Part shown: positions 1 through 12,077 of the stretch, piece by piece
Numbering within the stretch: position 1 is the stretch's first letter
How the letters are laid out: the number at the start of each line of letters is the position of its first letter
Assembly: GCA_013265495.1 (NCBI GenBank)
Contig: MU057377.1
Location: forward strand, 124,001 to 188,000
DNA: 64,000 bases
From: Vicugna vicugna
Taxonomy: Eukaryota
Direction: 5' to 3'
Notes under the pieces: model-generated
Database searches by the model: none
Seen by the model: the letters and a program-made list of their open reading frames with translations, nothing else
Told to the model about the DNA's origin: nothing
Translations under genes and position numbers: made by a program

Positions 1-784
1 CTCGTGAAGTGCCCGTCATCCCTAATGCATGTTAGTGTGCTGAGCTTTCTGTCATCAGGTGATCCATTCGTTTTAATGATAATTCTCTAAAAATTTATAG
101 TTGTTTAAGTAGCAGTTATTTTAAAAGGTTTTAAAAGTAGTAGTCTTTTAAGTTCGAAAAAACACAGGTGATAAAATGTTTACTACCATTATACAAAGGG
201 GAATACAAGAAAGAGTAAGTCTCCGCCCGCCTCAGATCCAAAGTCCCTTAGCTCCGCTCCCTGGAGGATAGAGTTGGCTGTTTTTTGTACATCATTTCGG
301 GAAATTTCAATGCATTGGCCAGCATATTTATGTAAGTGTTCCCTTGGACATATATGGATGCATTCCAAGCAAACTGTTACCTCTTTGCTTCGTTTAGTTT
401 AGTCTGCAGATTCTTCTAATTCCTCACGCAGAGCTCTGGCTCATTGCTGTGTTTGTGCTCACCCAGCGATGCACTGTGAGCTGGTTCGACTTCAGTTTCT
501 TCCCTGGGATCTTCTGTCTATAAGAAAGCTTTTCCATCTTTAAGTTAATTTTGATGTAAATGATGTGTTAAAATTCTTGAAGTCTTTTATTTTTAGCTTT
601 TTGTTATTAGTGCCATGTCAGTTCCGTAAAGTAGAAATAGTCAAGCTTTTGCTTTGATGGAGAAAAGATTTAGTTTGCCTGTCTCTTATCATGTCTTTTC
701 ATCATATATATATAAAGACCGTTTTCCCCTAAAATTACACTTTGAAAATATTATTCTTTCATTAGGAGTATTAGTTTATTGTAA

Positions 785-975
785 AATTTGGAAAATCTGG
801 GCTCAAAATCCATTTGCATCATCTGCTGTCTTTGTGACTTTGGGCAAATCAGTTACCCATTTTTTATGTCTCTCTTTCCTCATCAATAATATGGGTTTAA
901 TAAATGTATCCACTTCACATTATCACCTGAGAAAATGTATGTGAAAAAAATGACAAATTGTAAAATTCTATACAA
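785..975 (+). mobile_element. MIR SINE, old
   Basis: Core-like tgtgactttgggcaaatcagttaccc...tttcctcatcaataatatggg. Confidence 0.65.
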
Positions 976-1367
976 ATGTTCTGAGAAATTAAAATCATCT
1001 TGCTACCTAATATATAAGATTTTCCTCAATATCTATCTAGAACAAACCAAAAGTAGTATTTGTCATCAAGTATTTTCTCTTTGTTTTCAAATTGTGTGCA
1101 GTTCTTTAGTTTTTACCTTAGTGACCAATACAACTCTTAATGTTTCTCTCTCTTTCCCTGTGTGTTTTGGGAAATCAGTCGGTGATGTGGTTTGTATTAT
1201 ACTATGTTTAACTTTTTAATAATGCCAGTTCTCTTCTGCATTTGTGAGTAAACATAATATTTTTATTGAATCCCTCAAGTAAGATAAGAGAAAAAGCATG
1301 TCTTCCATCCTGAAGGGGCATAAGACTACTGATTCTGTTTAGATTGCTCAACATTGTTCTATTTACT

Positions 1368-1548
1368 TTTTTTTTAATTGAAGTAGAGTAAGTTACAATG
1401 TGTCAGTTTCTGGTGCGCAGCACAATGTCCCAGTGATGCATACATAGATTTGTTTTCATATTCTTTTCCATTAAAGGTTATTATAAGACAGTATAGTTCC
1501 CTGTGCTGTACAGAAGAAATGTGTTTTTTGTCTGTTTTTCTATGTAGT
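1368..1548 (-). mobile_element. L1 3' end fragment, Cetartiodactyla/camelid type
   Basis: T-tail followed by aattgaagtagagtaagttacaatgtgtcagtttctggtg...ttccctgtgctgtacagaagaaa; clearly homologous to copies at 5321-5532 and 51680-51901. Confidence 0.85.
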
Positions 1549-2211
1549 TGTTGTGTTCTGTTTCCTTTTAATGTTTCTCCTTGTTTTGTCTTTCTGTTTT
1601 CCTTTGTTAGTTCATCGTCCTTGTCTTTGCTCTTCCCTGGCCTCGCGCTGTCTCTCGTGCCCCTTCCTCCGGCCGTGTGGCCGCGGAGGCCGTGTTGTAG
1701 TGATCATGTCTTCTTCCCCGCCAGCACCATCACATCCTGCCTCATTTCACATTCTCAGAACCTGTCTGCAGTAACCAGCTAGTTTCCCAAACATGCAAAG
1801 TACCCTGTTCAACTCCTCATCTCTGTGGCACACATCTATTTGTCCTGTGGCTTGTCTGTCCATCCATCCATTTCTCCATCTGAATGTATAAAATGTACTG
1901 CTGATGCTGAATGGAACTAAGATGATGCTGGTCCAAGTCATCAAGGAATTTATAATCTAGTGAGAGAGAATATATAAAGAATTTATTAAATTTGTTAGAT
2001 TTTGGACTCTTTCTGTAACTGCTACTCTCAGTAAGAGAATGAATACTTGAGAAGCCAGTAATTATAACCAGATAAAGTTTTAATTTTTTAAAAATTTATT
2101 GAAGTGTCTATGTTAATATCCTTCCTGAATGTGACCACTTCTTATTTGAAGTTTCATTTATTAATAAGGAGGCTATAAGGAGGAGCTATTGTGAATCAAT
2201 CAATGATCAGT

Positions 2212-2338
2212 TTTATTTTATTTTTTTTGAGGGGTTAATTAGGTTTATTTATTTTTTAGTGGAGGTACTGGGGATTGAACCCAGGACCTCATGCATGCTA
2301 GGCATGTGCTCTACCCCTGAGCTATACTCTCCCCCCCA
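2212..2338 (-). mobile_element. Vic-1-type camelid tRNA-derived SINE
   Basis: Reverse complement GGGGGAGAGTATAGCTCAGGGGTAGAGCACATGCCTAGCATGCATGAGGTCCTGGGTTCAATCCCCAGTACCTCCA has A- and B-boxes, then AATAAATAAACCTAATTA and an A tail. TSD AATCAATCAATGATCAGT (2194-2211) / AATCAGTCAATGATAAGT (2339-2356). Confidence 0.88.
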
Positions 2339-4420
2339 AATCAGTCAATGATAAGTACTGGGTTACAACTGGTCTTTGATTTTTCTAATCTTTTTTTTTT
2401 AATTATTTTTTTTAACGAGTTTTGGAATGTCCTCCAGGCTGTTAAGAAATTACCCCTTCAAGCTTTGTCTTTTTTAAATTAATGTGCGGGTGAACTCCAG
2501 TGTCAGGCTTGTAGAGAAGCCATTACTTCCTGCCGGCTTCCTTTTCCTGTCAGTTTTGGCAGCATTTCAACAGGAATCCGACATTGACCAGGTGGTGTAC
2601 TGAATGACGACTTATTTAATGTCTAGCGTGTTATGTCCAGCGCAGTAATATCTGGGAACCAAATAATTCCAGTTCCCTGGCCCCGTCACCACCAGAAGCA
2701 GGAGGAGCCCGGCTGCACTTCCACTGTCTGCGTTTCAGCATCACGTTGCTCCTGACGCAGTTGAGATACAGGTGCGGCGACTCAGCATCTTATTCCTGGG
2801 CTGCTCTTCCCCCTTTGTCATGTGGGTCTCAGTTCCTATAATTGGGTTTATGTTTGTGTTGGTACTCTAGTCCCTTCCCTGGATAAATTACGAGGTTTCC
2901 AAAAGCAGGACATAATGTCACGCGTGCCTTTGACTCGCGTGTGCCTCGCATGGTGCTCGTTGTGTGCTGGCGCGTGCTGCTGTTGCTGGTGTATGTTTTA
3001 TGTGCAGAGTAGCTGTAAAGCCCTTTGACGGCAGGAGCTGCTTGTCACATTCATCTCATGCATTAAAAGTGTATAAGGTACTTTCACAGGGAACTTATAT
3101 TTCAAATGCTGTAGGTCTTAGTGTGTAGTGGATAATGATCAAATTTTTATTCTCTTTGGCCAAGTTATAACTTCTTGTTTTGTCTTTGAGGAGGTCTAAT
3201 CAACTGTCAGTGTTTTAAATTGGAAGTTCTTCTTAGTGTGAGTTCTTTTTCTTTTCTCAGTGTCTCTCTCTCTCTATGTATTCACACATTCTTCTCATAA
3301 CCAGTTTTCTTCTCATTTTTAAAGTTTCTGATTTCTCTCTTTCCATTGTTTTGGTGTCCTGAGCCATTGTATTTTTTCTGTTTTGCCATATACTGCAACT
3401 ATTAATATTCACCATTTGGAAAGTATTTTGGCGAGTATTTCCCCCAGGAGTTCCTTGTTCCGTCCTCCTGCCAGTCCTGCCAGAGGATGGAAGTGTCCAG
3501 GCTCACACAGAAAACTGGCCGCCTTGAACCGAGGCTGTAACTCCAGAGCTCACTCTTTCCAGTCCACCTTGGCCTTATATCAGACAAGTGAAGTAAGTGG
3601 AGGAACTTGCCCCAAATTGCAGTATCAAGTGGATGATTTCCTTAGGTAGAACGGACTTTGTTTTTGCCAGGATAAGTTGGAAGTTAAATTAGAGCAGCTA
3701 AGTACTGTGTGTGTGTGTTGTCTGTGTGTGTTTGTGACTGTAAAGGCCCTTGTGTTTTGTTTTGGTGAAAGAGGTCCAAGCCTGTTGTAAAAAATTCAAG
3801 TAAAAGAAGAAAATAATATGAAGAGACTAAAAAGTCACTGAATCTCATTATGCAGAAAATATAATGGTTCATGTTTTGTTGAGCACCCCGCTCCACATCT
3901 CTGTATAATGTGTAGTCAATGTGTGTGCATTAACATTATGTGCTTTTTCCTGAACTGGCTTCTCTGTCCATGGTGCCCTGTGATCTGACTTTACCGACTG
4001 ACAGTTTATCACGATCGTCTTCCTGTGTCTGAAACTAGCAGTCTGCTTCATCAGATTTAATAGCCCCCTGAATTCCACTGTAGGGACCCACAGTGCACAC
4101 ATCTCACTGCACTTCCCTTATTATCTACTTTGAATAAATACATCCTTAGCAGTGTCATTGTTGGATTTTTGATACGCACTGGCAGATTATCCTGCAAAAA
4201 GATATATATTCTTATCACCAATGCCAGAGAGCGTTTGTGCACAAAAGTTTTCAATAATACCAGGTATTACACTTCTTTTAAAAATATTAATACGTTTTGT
4301 GTAACTCAACATATTTGAAACATCATTGTTACAATGTGCAGTCAATGTTAAAACATTACTAAAACAATTTACACTATTTTTCCAACTTAGTCTTTGAAAT
4401 ACTTCAAAGACTATATGTAG

Positions 4421-4800
4421 TTTTTTGAAAAATAGATTATTTTTAAGAGCGCTTTTAGGATCATAGCAAAATCGCTTGGAAAGTACAGAGTTCCGTATGC
4501 CTCCCACACACGCCCAGCCTCCCCCGTTATCAGCATCCCCTACCAGAGTGGTTTATTTGCTATAGTTGATAAGCTTACAGTCACCCAGTGTCCATAGGTT
4601 ACCCTGGGGTTCACTGTGGATGTTGCACATTCTGTGAGTTTGGATGGATGTACAGTGACACGTGTCCACTGTCACAGTGTCACAGAATCCTTCCACTGCC
4701 CTAAGACCCTGTGTGCTCCCCCTGCGCCCCCTCCTTCCCCGCTAACCTCTGGCAACCTCTGCTCTTTTCACTGTCTCCACGATTTTGCTTTTTCCAGAGA
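4421..4800 (-). mobile_element. L1MC1/2-like 3' UTR fragment
   Basis: ttttaggatcatagcaaaat...agtacagagttcc...cagcctcccccgttatcagcatcccctaccagagtggt; homologous to 47925-48558. Confidence 0.75.
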
Positions 4801-5320
4801 TATCGCCCCTCTTACATTTCTGAGAACATTTTTACCTGTCTTCCTTTAATTTATATTTCTTTTGATTGATTAGAAACACTGGCATTGTTTCCTGTTGGCA
4901 TTATTATTTCTTTGGTGCTTTTTCTGTTTTTGTTTTTTGCACATTTTAGGTAAAGACTTTCATTTTACTTGTATCAGCCAGTTATTTATTGATATTTGTT
5001 TATTGTTATTTTTCCTATTTAACACTTTAAAAAATTTTGTTCATGATACCCTTTATTCGGAAGTTTAAATTTTTTTCTAGTCAAGTTAGTCTTTTCTTAT
5101 GGTTTATATTTTTTTGGATTTTTGCCGCAGAGCTACTGAACCCAAGGAAGAATGAGTGTTTTGAGTATATTACAGTTATATTCTTTTTAGCATACAGAGA
5201 GAATAGTTAATTGGGTCACACTGACATTTCCTTAAGTGTTTGATAAGAATTCACCAGTGAAGCTGCTTGAGCCTGAAGTTTTTATATAGGAAGGATTTTA
5301 ATTATGATTTCAGTTTCTTT

Positions 5321-5532
5321 TATTTATCTTTTTAAATTGAAGTACAGTCAGTTACAATGTGTCCATCTCTGGTTCACAGCACAGCATCTCAGTCATGCAT
5401 ATACATACATATATTCATTTACATATTTTTCTCCATTAGAGGTTATTATAAGATATTGAACGTAGTTCCCTGGGCTCTACAGAATAAACTTAAAAAAAAA
5501 CCTATTTTTATATCAATATATAAAATATATAT
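5321..5532 (-). mobile_element. Younger L1 3' end nested in older L1, with perfect TSD
   Basis: Same family as 1368-1548; TSD ATTTCAGTTTCTTT at 5307-5320 and 5533-5546. Confidence 0.88.
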
Positions 5533-6384
5533 ATTTCAGTTTCTTTATTACACGAATGGCTATTCAGAGTTTTTGATTCTTGTGTTAGTTTTGTTAATTT
5601 ACGTCCTTTAAAGAATTTTTCTGTTTCCTCTAATTGTAAAGTGTAGTTGCACAAAGCTGTTCATAATATTTCTCCTTATCTGTTTAATCTCTCTAAGCCC
5701 CCGTTTTCATCCGCTGTTGGTGACTTGTGTATTCTCTCTTTCTCTTGATCAAGGGGTCCAGCTCTAGGGGTTTCCCAGTTTCATTGACGTTTTCAGAGAA
5801 CCAGTTTAGGGTTTTGTTGATTTCTTCATTATTTGTTTTCTATTTCACTGATTTCTGCTCTTTATTATTTTCTTCCTTCCACTTATTTTGGATTTAACTT
5901 CTCGCTGCTTTTTCTTCTTCTTTTTTTTATCTTTTGGTTTTTTATTTGTTACTTTGCTTTTTTTTTAAATTGAAGTATAGTTGATGTACAATATTCTATA
6001 AGTTAACAGGTACCTTCTAGTTTCTTAATGTGAAAAGTTAGAGCTTTGGTTTTTTTAAACTTTTTTTCTAATATCATAAATGTACAAATTCACCTTTAAG
6101 CATTGTTTCAGCTGTGTCCCACAAATTCTGACATGTTGCGTTTTCATTATTAGTAGTTGGAAATATTTTTTGATTTCCCTTCTGACTTCTTTCATGATCC
6201 ATGAGTTATTTAGAAATTCGGTGCTTAATTTTAATACGGTGCTTTCTGATGTATCATTGTTACTGCCTTTTAAGAAAATTCAGTGCATTTAGTAATCATA
6301 GTTTCTGTTCCCAGCTACACTGTAAATTCATTCAGGATGGGGACTTCAGACTTCTTTATGTTGCCGTTGCCCTGTGTATCACTT

Positions 6385-6494
6385 AAAAAAACTTTTTGGG
6401 GGTAATTAGGTTTATTTAGCAGAGGTGCTGGGGATTAAACTTAGGGCCCTGTGCGTGCTGAGCACGTGCTCTGCCGCTGAGCGGAACCGTCCCT
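6385..6494 (-). mobile_element. Vic-1-type SINE, more diverged copy
   Basis: gggggtaattaggtttatt...gaggtgctggggattaaacttagggccctgtgcgtgctgagcacgtgctctgccgctgagc aligns to 2212-2338. TSD TGTGTATCACTT (6373-6384) / TGTGCATCACTT (6495-6506). Confidence 0.82.
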
Positions 6495-8952
6495 TGTGCA
6501 TCACTTTTGAATGATTTTTAAATGAAATCCCAGCCCCATCTGTCAGTAACACTCTGAAACAATCTTGTCCAATTCCATCCAGTTCTATGTCTCAGACACC
6601 TCAGGGCCACTGTCGTGTAGCCACCGGCCCTTGGATTTGGGATCAGAAGTTTTGACTTCCAGAATAAATTCGGTAACGTAGGCTGGTCTCCTTTATAAAA
6701 GAGAAAAACCCTGTCATTCTCACAGGTCTGCGGTGAGGCCACGTGCGATACCCGTAGAAGGGCTGTCGGTCCCTGGCATGTGAGCACCCCCCCAGAGGCT
6801 GGGTGAGCCGAGTGCCTGGAGCGCTGCATTCCCACAGCACTTGACGTGGAAGGTGGGCAGGGGCCCAGCACTCTGCGGTCACACCTGCACCCAGGGCTCC
6901 CGGCAGGTGCTGCCAGCCTGCCCTTCTGCCTGTCCAAGCCCACACGTTGGTGAGCACGCTGCCTCCGCCCACTTCCAAGTGCAGACCGCCCTGACTTTAA
7001 TTCATAATTTGGCTCAGAGAACATACTCTGTATGACTTCAGTACTGGGGGTGGAGTGAGGTGGGGGGGGCAAGGTTTGTTTTAGGGCCTGTAATGTGGTC
7101 TGTCTTGGTGAATATCCCTATGTGCTTAAACAGAGGGCATATTGTGCAGTTGTTGGATATGTTGCTACATAAATGCCGATTAGGTAATGTTGACTGATGT
7201 TGTTTTCAAACCCTTTATATTTTTACTGATTTGGGGGTCTAGTTCTTCCAGCTCCTGGGAGAGGAGTGTTAGAGTCTCCCACTGTAATTGTGGATTTGTT
7301 GATTTTCCCCTTTTAGTTTGATCACTTTTTACTTCATGGATTTGAAGCTCTGTTAGGAGATACACATTTTTTTTGTTATTGTTTCCTTGTGAACTAACTC
7401 TCTTAACATATGGAATTTCTTTCTTAGTCTCTGGTCGTGCTTTTTGTTTTCAAGTTTACGTCGAGGATTAAGAGCTGCTCTGCCTTTCCTATGATCAGTG
7501 TCTGCATGGTATTCTTTTCCGTTCTTTTTTCCTAAACTATCTGTGTTCGTTTCTGTATCTGTATTTAAAATCTGTGTATTTGGGTTTTCCTTTTCTGTCC
7601 AGTGTGACAATTCCTGTCTTTAATTAGAGTGTTTAGGACGTTGACTTTCAGTGTGATTATTGGTACGTTTGGGTTTACATCTGTCATCTTGTTAGTTGTT
7701 CTCTAGTTGTACGATTAAGTCTCCAAAAAACTTTCTTTCCTTTTTCTTCCTACTTTCCTTTATATCAGTGGGTTTTTAGAAAGTATTTTCTACCTTTCTC
7801 TTCTATTGGCTTTGTTTTTAGTGGCTCGTGGATTGCACTATACATTATTAAATTTTCACAGTCTATCACAAATTTAAAGTATACCACTGTGAGTATGAGA
7901 ACCTTCTGACAATAAATTGCACTTATACCCTCCCTTCCTTTGTGCCTTTCTGTCATGCGTTTTACTTCTGCCTAGGCTAGAATCCCCACAGTAAATGATT
8001 CTTGTTGTGAACAATCAATCACTTTGTAAAGAAATTAGTAAATATATAAAATACTCTTCTGTGTTCACTTACGTGTTTGTCATCACTCTAGCACTCTCCC
8101 TTTTTTTTATAGATTTGAATTTCTGTCTGGTATCACTTTCTTTTAGCTTGAAAAACTTCTTTGAATATGAATTGTAGGTCAGGTCTGTTGGTGAGGAGTT
8201 CTCTCAGCTTTTGTTTATCTTAAAATGTGTTCATTATTTTGAAGGATGATTTATTTGGAAATAGAGTTCTAGTTTGACGGTGCTTCCTTTCCATTTTAAA
8301 GATGCTGTGCCATTGTTTCCTGGTCTGCAAAAGTTTTTGGTGGGATGTCAGCAGAAACGTTTAATCATTATTCCTCTCTATGATAATGTGTATTTTTTCC
8401 CTCTGGCAGCTTTTAAGATTTTCTCCTTTTGGTTTCCAGAAATTTGGTTATCATGTGCCTAGATTTAGTTTTCTTTTGCATTTATTCTGCCTGGGGCTTT
8501 GTTGAACTACTGGGTGTGTGTGTGTGTGTGTGTGCGTGTACGTGCACGCGTGTTCAGATTCAGAAAGTTATTGACCATTATTTTTTCAAGCTGTTTTTCT
8601 GTTCACCCTCCTCTGCATACTGTTCCCTTTGAGACTACAATTCATGCATATTAGCTGTTTCACTAATCACAGAAACTCTGTTTTACATTTCTTAGCATTT
8701 TCTTCTCTCTGTGCTTCTGTTTGTATAATTTCAATTATTCTGTATTCAGGTTCTTTAGTCTTTTATTCTGTAGTATCCAGTCTGCTCTTAAGCCCATTCA
8801 GTGATTTTTTTTTTTTTGGTTCAAATAATGTATTTTTCAGTTCTATATTTTCCATATTTTTTTTTTTTGGTGGTTTCTATTTTTCCACTTAGATTCTCTG
8901 TTCACTCATTCTATCTTTTACTTTAAACCCTTAGACATATTTTTAATAACTT

Positions 8953-9437
8953 GTATTGGTTTTTTTCATTGCCACTGTATTAAATTGCCACCAGCATAGT
9001 GGCTTAAAGCATCACAGATTTGTTATCTTAGTGGTTCTGGAGGTCAAGAATCTGAGCAGGGTCTCACTGAGCTAAAATCAAGGTGTCAACAGGGCTGTGT
9101 TTCTTTCCAGAGGCTCCAGAAGGTTGTCTGTTTTCTTGGCTTTTTCAGCTTCAAGAAGCTGTCTGCATGCCTGGGTTCATGGTCTCCCTCTGTCTTCAAA
9201 GCTGGCAACGGCCAGGGAGTCTTCATCACGGTGGGTCATTCAGCAGGGACACAAGCCTCCCTCCTCCTCATGTAAGGATTCTTGTGCTTATGGGGCGGCC
9301 TGGACAATCCAGGTGCTCCTCCCCTTTTAAGGCCAGCTGGCAGCAGCCTCAGTCACCCTTTGCTGTGTCACCTGCCACGTGGCCCCGTGCTAGGGGTTAG
9401 GTCACAGACGTCTCTGAGGGGCCGTCTGCCTTCCGTA
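8953..9437 (-). mobile_element. MLT1D-like MaLR solo LTR
   Basis: tgtattggtttt...gtggcttaaagcatcacagatttgttatcttagtggttctggaggtcaagaatctg...ggtctcactgagctaaaatcaaggtgtcaacagggctg is a typical MLT1 antisense signature. Confidence 0.85.
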
Positions 9438-9759
9438 TGACTCTTGTAGAATTGTTGTGTGCTAGTTCTGGGATCCGCCTCATTTGGGGCTTGTTTCTAC
9501 ACACTCCCTCTGCCCAGCTGGCTGTGCGCTGCTTTTCATTCCACCTGTGCGTGTCTGATAGCTTTTGATTATATGCTGCATGTTGTGGATATTGTACTAT
9601 TGATAGCTTAAAATTTGTTACCTCACTTTAGTAAATGCTTAGTTTTATTTTTAGGGGAGTCAGTTTTTTGTTGACTCAACTTGATTCTTTCAGGATTTCT
9701 TTTTAATCTTTGCTTGGGTGCATCTACAATATTTTACTTCCAAGGTCTATCTCCAGAAC

Positions 9760-10318
9760 TGTGCAGGGTCTGAGGTTTTACCATATTTAAATGCTGATTA
9801 GTTAGCCTGTTGCAGTTGCATGGATGCTGCCAGGTGATGTGAGTTTCCGGGCTCAGAAACGAAGGACTTTATTGTTTATAGCACATGGAGCAGTGCGTGC
9901 ACCTTCACGGCTGCATCCCTCTTCCTGACTCTAAACTCCATGCGGGCGGCACGGACGGGCCTGGATGGACGCCTGCAGCTGCAGCTGATTCTGTTCCCGG
10001 GGAGGAACCCTGAGCTTAGGGAACCCAAATAGCATATGGTGTGCAGCAAGCGTGCCTGCCCTTTGCTTCTGGAGGGAGATTCTGCGTCCTCCAAGGGTGT
10101 TAGTTCATGTGCCCTCTGCTCGGGTTGGAGAGAGACAATCTCGCCAAGGCTGTTTGCCTTAATCCCGTTGGTGTGGTGTTAATGGTGTGAAACTGCTTTG
10201 ATGGTTGCTTGCTGCATTAATCAGACATCCTAGAAAGGGTGGTTTGGAGCAGAGCCTCGTCAGTGCCTCTGCTCTTAAGTGCAGAGAGAGGAGAGCCCCG
10301 TGGCTCTGCCTGCTGACA
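9760..10318 (-). mobile_element. LTR40-like ERVL solo LTR
   Basis: gggtctgaggttttacc...gttagcctg...catggatgctg...aaggactttatt...gaggaaccctgagcttagggaacccaaat...gcctgccctttgcttctggagggaga matches the recalled LTR40 antisense consensus. Confidence 0.7.
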
Positions 10319-11199
10319 GCGGGACCTTCCTGGGGCGGTGGCCGCGGAACTTCCTGTGTCTTCATTGTGGCTTTATCTCCCGGTGCTGGGTGACCTCCGG
10401 AGTCTCCCTTCACCCATTAGCCGGTAGGCTGTTGCCCTGCTTCCGTGCAGTCTGGTGTCTGGCTGAAGACTCACCCTGACCCTTAGGCACATTTCTGGAG
10501 CTCCTTGACTCTGGTGCCCTGTCCCCGGACTTCCCCCTCTTCCCCCTCTGCTGGGTGCCCCGCGGTGCTGAAGGTGCTGGAGCTTCCAGGGCTCGCGTCC
10601 TGTGTTTTCTTTTCCCTGGGGACCATAATCCTGCTTTGCCTGTTGCCCAACATCTAAAAATGTTTGTTCAAGTATTTGGTACAATTTAATTTCACTTTAC
10701 ATTGTTTATGGTGGGCTGGCTGGTTTTCACCTGTTCCTACCTCATGGAAGTCTCCCCTCGCCATAACTGCTTGATGCAGACGTAGTGTTGGGGGGACCCA
10801 GACCGTACGGCTGTGACAGCAGGGGTCTTGTCTTGTCTGCTTTTTATTCTTCGGACTGTGATACAAGCAGATGCTCAATAAATGTGTCACGTTCCACCAA
10901 ACGCAACTGGACTGAGACGGAAGTACAGAGTTCGTACTGAAGTCCCTTGATATAATTGTGATAATAGTGATAATGAGGGCCTTATGTGCCAGACTGGTTT
11001 ATAGCCGTTTACCTGTATGTAAACATATGCCTAAAACTGATAACATAAAGCTTTTTATTCACTGCTGCTCTTTTTTGGAAAGGAATGGACATCACTGGAG
11101 AAATTGGTAAAAATTACACTGCTGTTTGGATTTCTTTTTGCTGAGACTTGAGATTGTGCCATTGTATTATATTTGATATTTCTCTGTATAACTTAAATT

Positions 11200-11400
11200 T
11201 GCATAGTAATTTATAGAACAGAAAGGAATTTTACACACATTATGTTACTTTTGACTTTTAGCAGCTCTCTGTGTTGGGGTCATCAGCTATCCCCAATTTC
11301 CTGATGAGGAAATTAAAGCCCAGTGAAGTATGTTCACACTTAAGTTTCCAAAGCTATGACGTGGAAGGCCTGGGTTCTCCGGATGGAATTTAGTGGCCTT
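11200..11400 (-). mobile_element. MIR SINE
   Basis: atccccaatttcctgatgaggaaattaaagcccag core. Confidence 0.6.
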
Positions 11401-11434
11401 TCTGTGTACCCCGTGTGTGGGCCAAGTCAGTTTT

Positions 11435-11465
<31 letters not shown>

Positions 11466-11756
11466 AACATTCTTTTAAATTGAGTTATAGTCATTTTATA
11501 ATGTGTCAAATTCCAGTGTAGAGCACAATTTTTCAGTTATTCATGAACATACATATATTCATTGTCACATTTTTTTTCGCTGTGAGCTACCACAAGATCT
11601 TGTATATATTTCCCTGTGCTACACAGTACAATCTTGTTTATCTATTCTGCATGTGCCGGTCAGTATCTACAAATTTTGAACTCCCAGTCTGTCCCTTCCC
11701 ACCCCTTGCCCCCCTTGGCAACCACAAGTTTGTATTCTATGTCTGTGAGTCTGTTT
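11435..11756 (-). mobile_element. Young 5'-truncated L1 3' end with (TAAA)n tail and TSD
   Basis: (TTTA)n tail, L1 3' UTR (ccccttggcaaccacaagtttgtattctatgtctgtgagtctgttt). Direct repeat CCAAGTCAGTTTTATTTATT at 11422-11441 and 11757-11776; the TSD/tail boundary is ambiguous. Same family as 55918-56035. Confidence 0.9.
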
Positions 11757-11903
11757 CCAAGTCAGTTTTATTTATTCATTGTTTGAGTGTGTGCAGTGTG
11801 TGTCTATTTTATGTTCCATGATTTCTGTATGGAACTGAAAATTAAAAATGCCTAACCTGGGGGGATCGAGTAGGCACAGATGTTGTGAACTTTGTGTAAT
11901 TCT

Positions 11904-12077
11904 GTTCTCCTACCAGATTCCTGTGTCTTTGTCTTTTGAGGAGGGCGATGTTCTGTTGGAGTTCAGCAGGTGCTCTGGTTGGCTGGGCGGGTCCGTGGAT
12001 GTGAGTTTTGGTGTAGTTGTGGGAGAGGGTGAGCTACGGGCGTCCTTCTACTCCGCCCGCCATCTTGGCCCCGGGGG
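11904..12077 (-). mobile_element. Isolated L1 5'-terminal fragment (174 bp), no poly(A), perfect 11-bp TSD
   Basis: Reverse complement CCCCCGGGGCCAAGATGGCGGGCGGAGTAGAAGGACGCCCGTAGCTCACCCTCTCCCACAACTACACCAAAACTCACATC...GAGCACCTGCTGAAC resembles the Cetartiodactyla L1 5' UTR start. TGTGTAATTCT at 11893-11903 and 12078-12088. Confidence 0.8.

Larger units (their letters stand above)
5160..10752 (-). mobile_element. Old, fragmented L1M element(s): ORF2 N-terminal part, ORF1 and 5' end, interrupted by several younger insertions
   Basis: gaattcaccagtgaagc...gcctgaag (ORF2 antisense) at ~5250. Endonuclease region 7080-7620; the ORF-track peptide PQLQWETLTLLSQ is the off-frame reading of TIIVGDFNTPLS. 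ORF1-like 8150-8930; L1M 5'-end-like 10320-10752. Confidence 0.75.

Noticed and set aside
2260..2337. tRNA-like sequence with A and B boxes
   Set aside because: Has a SINE tail and TSD, so it is a SINE head rather than a tRNA gene.
3383..3649. Overlapping ORFs that look exon-like
   Set aside because: No DENND1B similarity; the minus strand partly resembles MIR; no convincing splice-site pair.
3960..4260. Minus-strand acceptor tttttgcag followed by a short open frame
   Set aside because: All frames close quickly, no recognisable protein and no clear donor; an antisense lncRNA exon cannot be supported from sequence alone.
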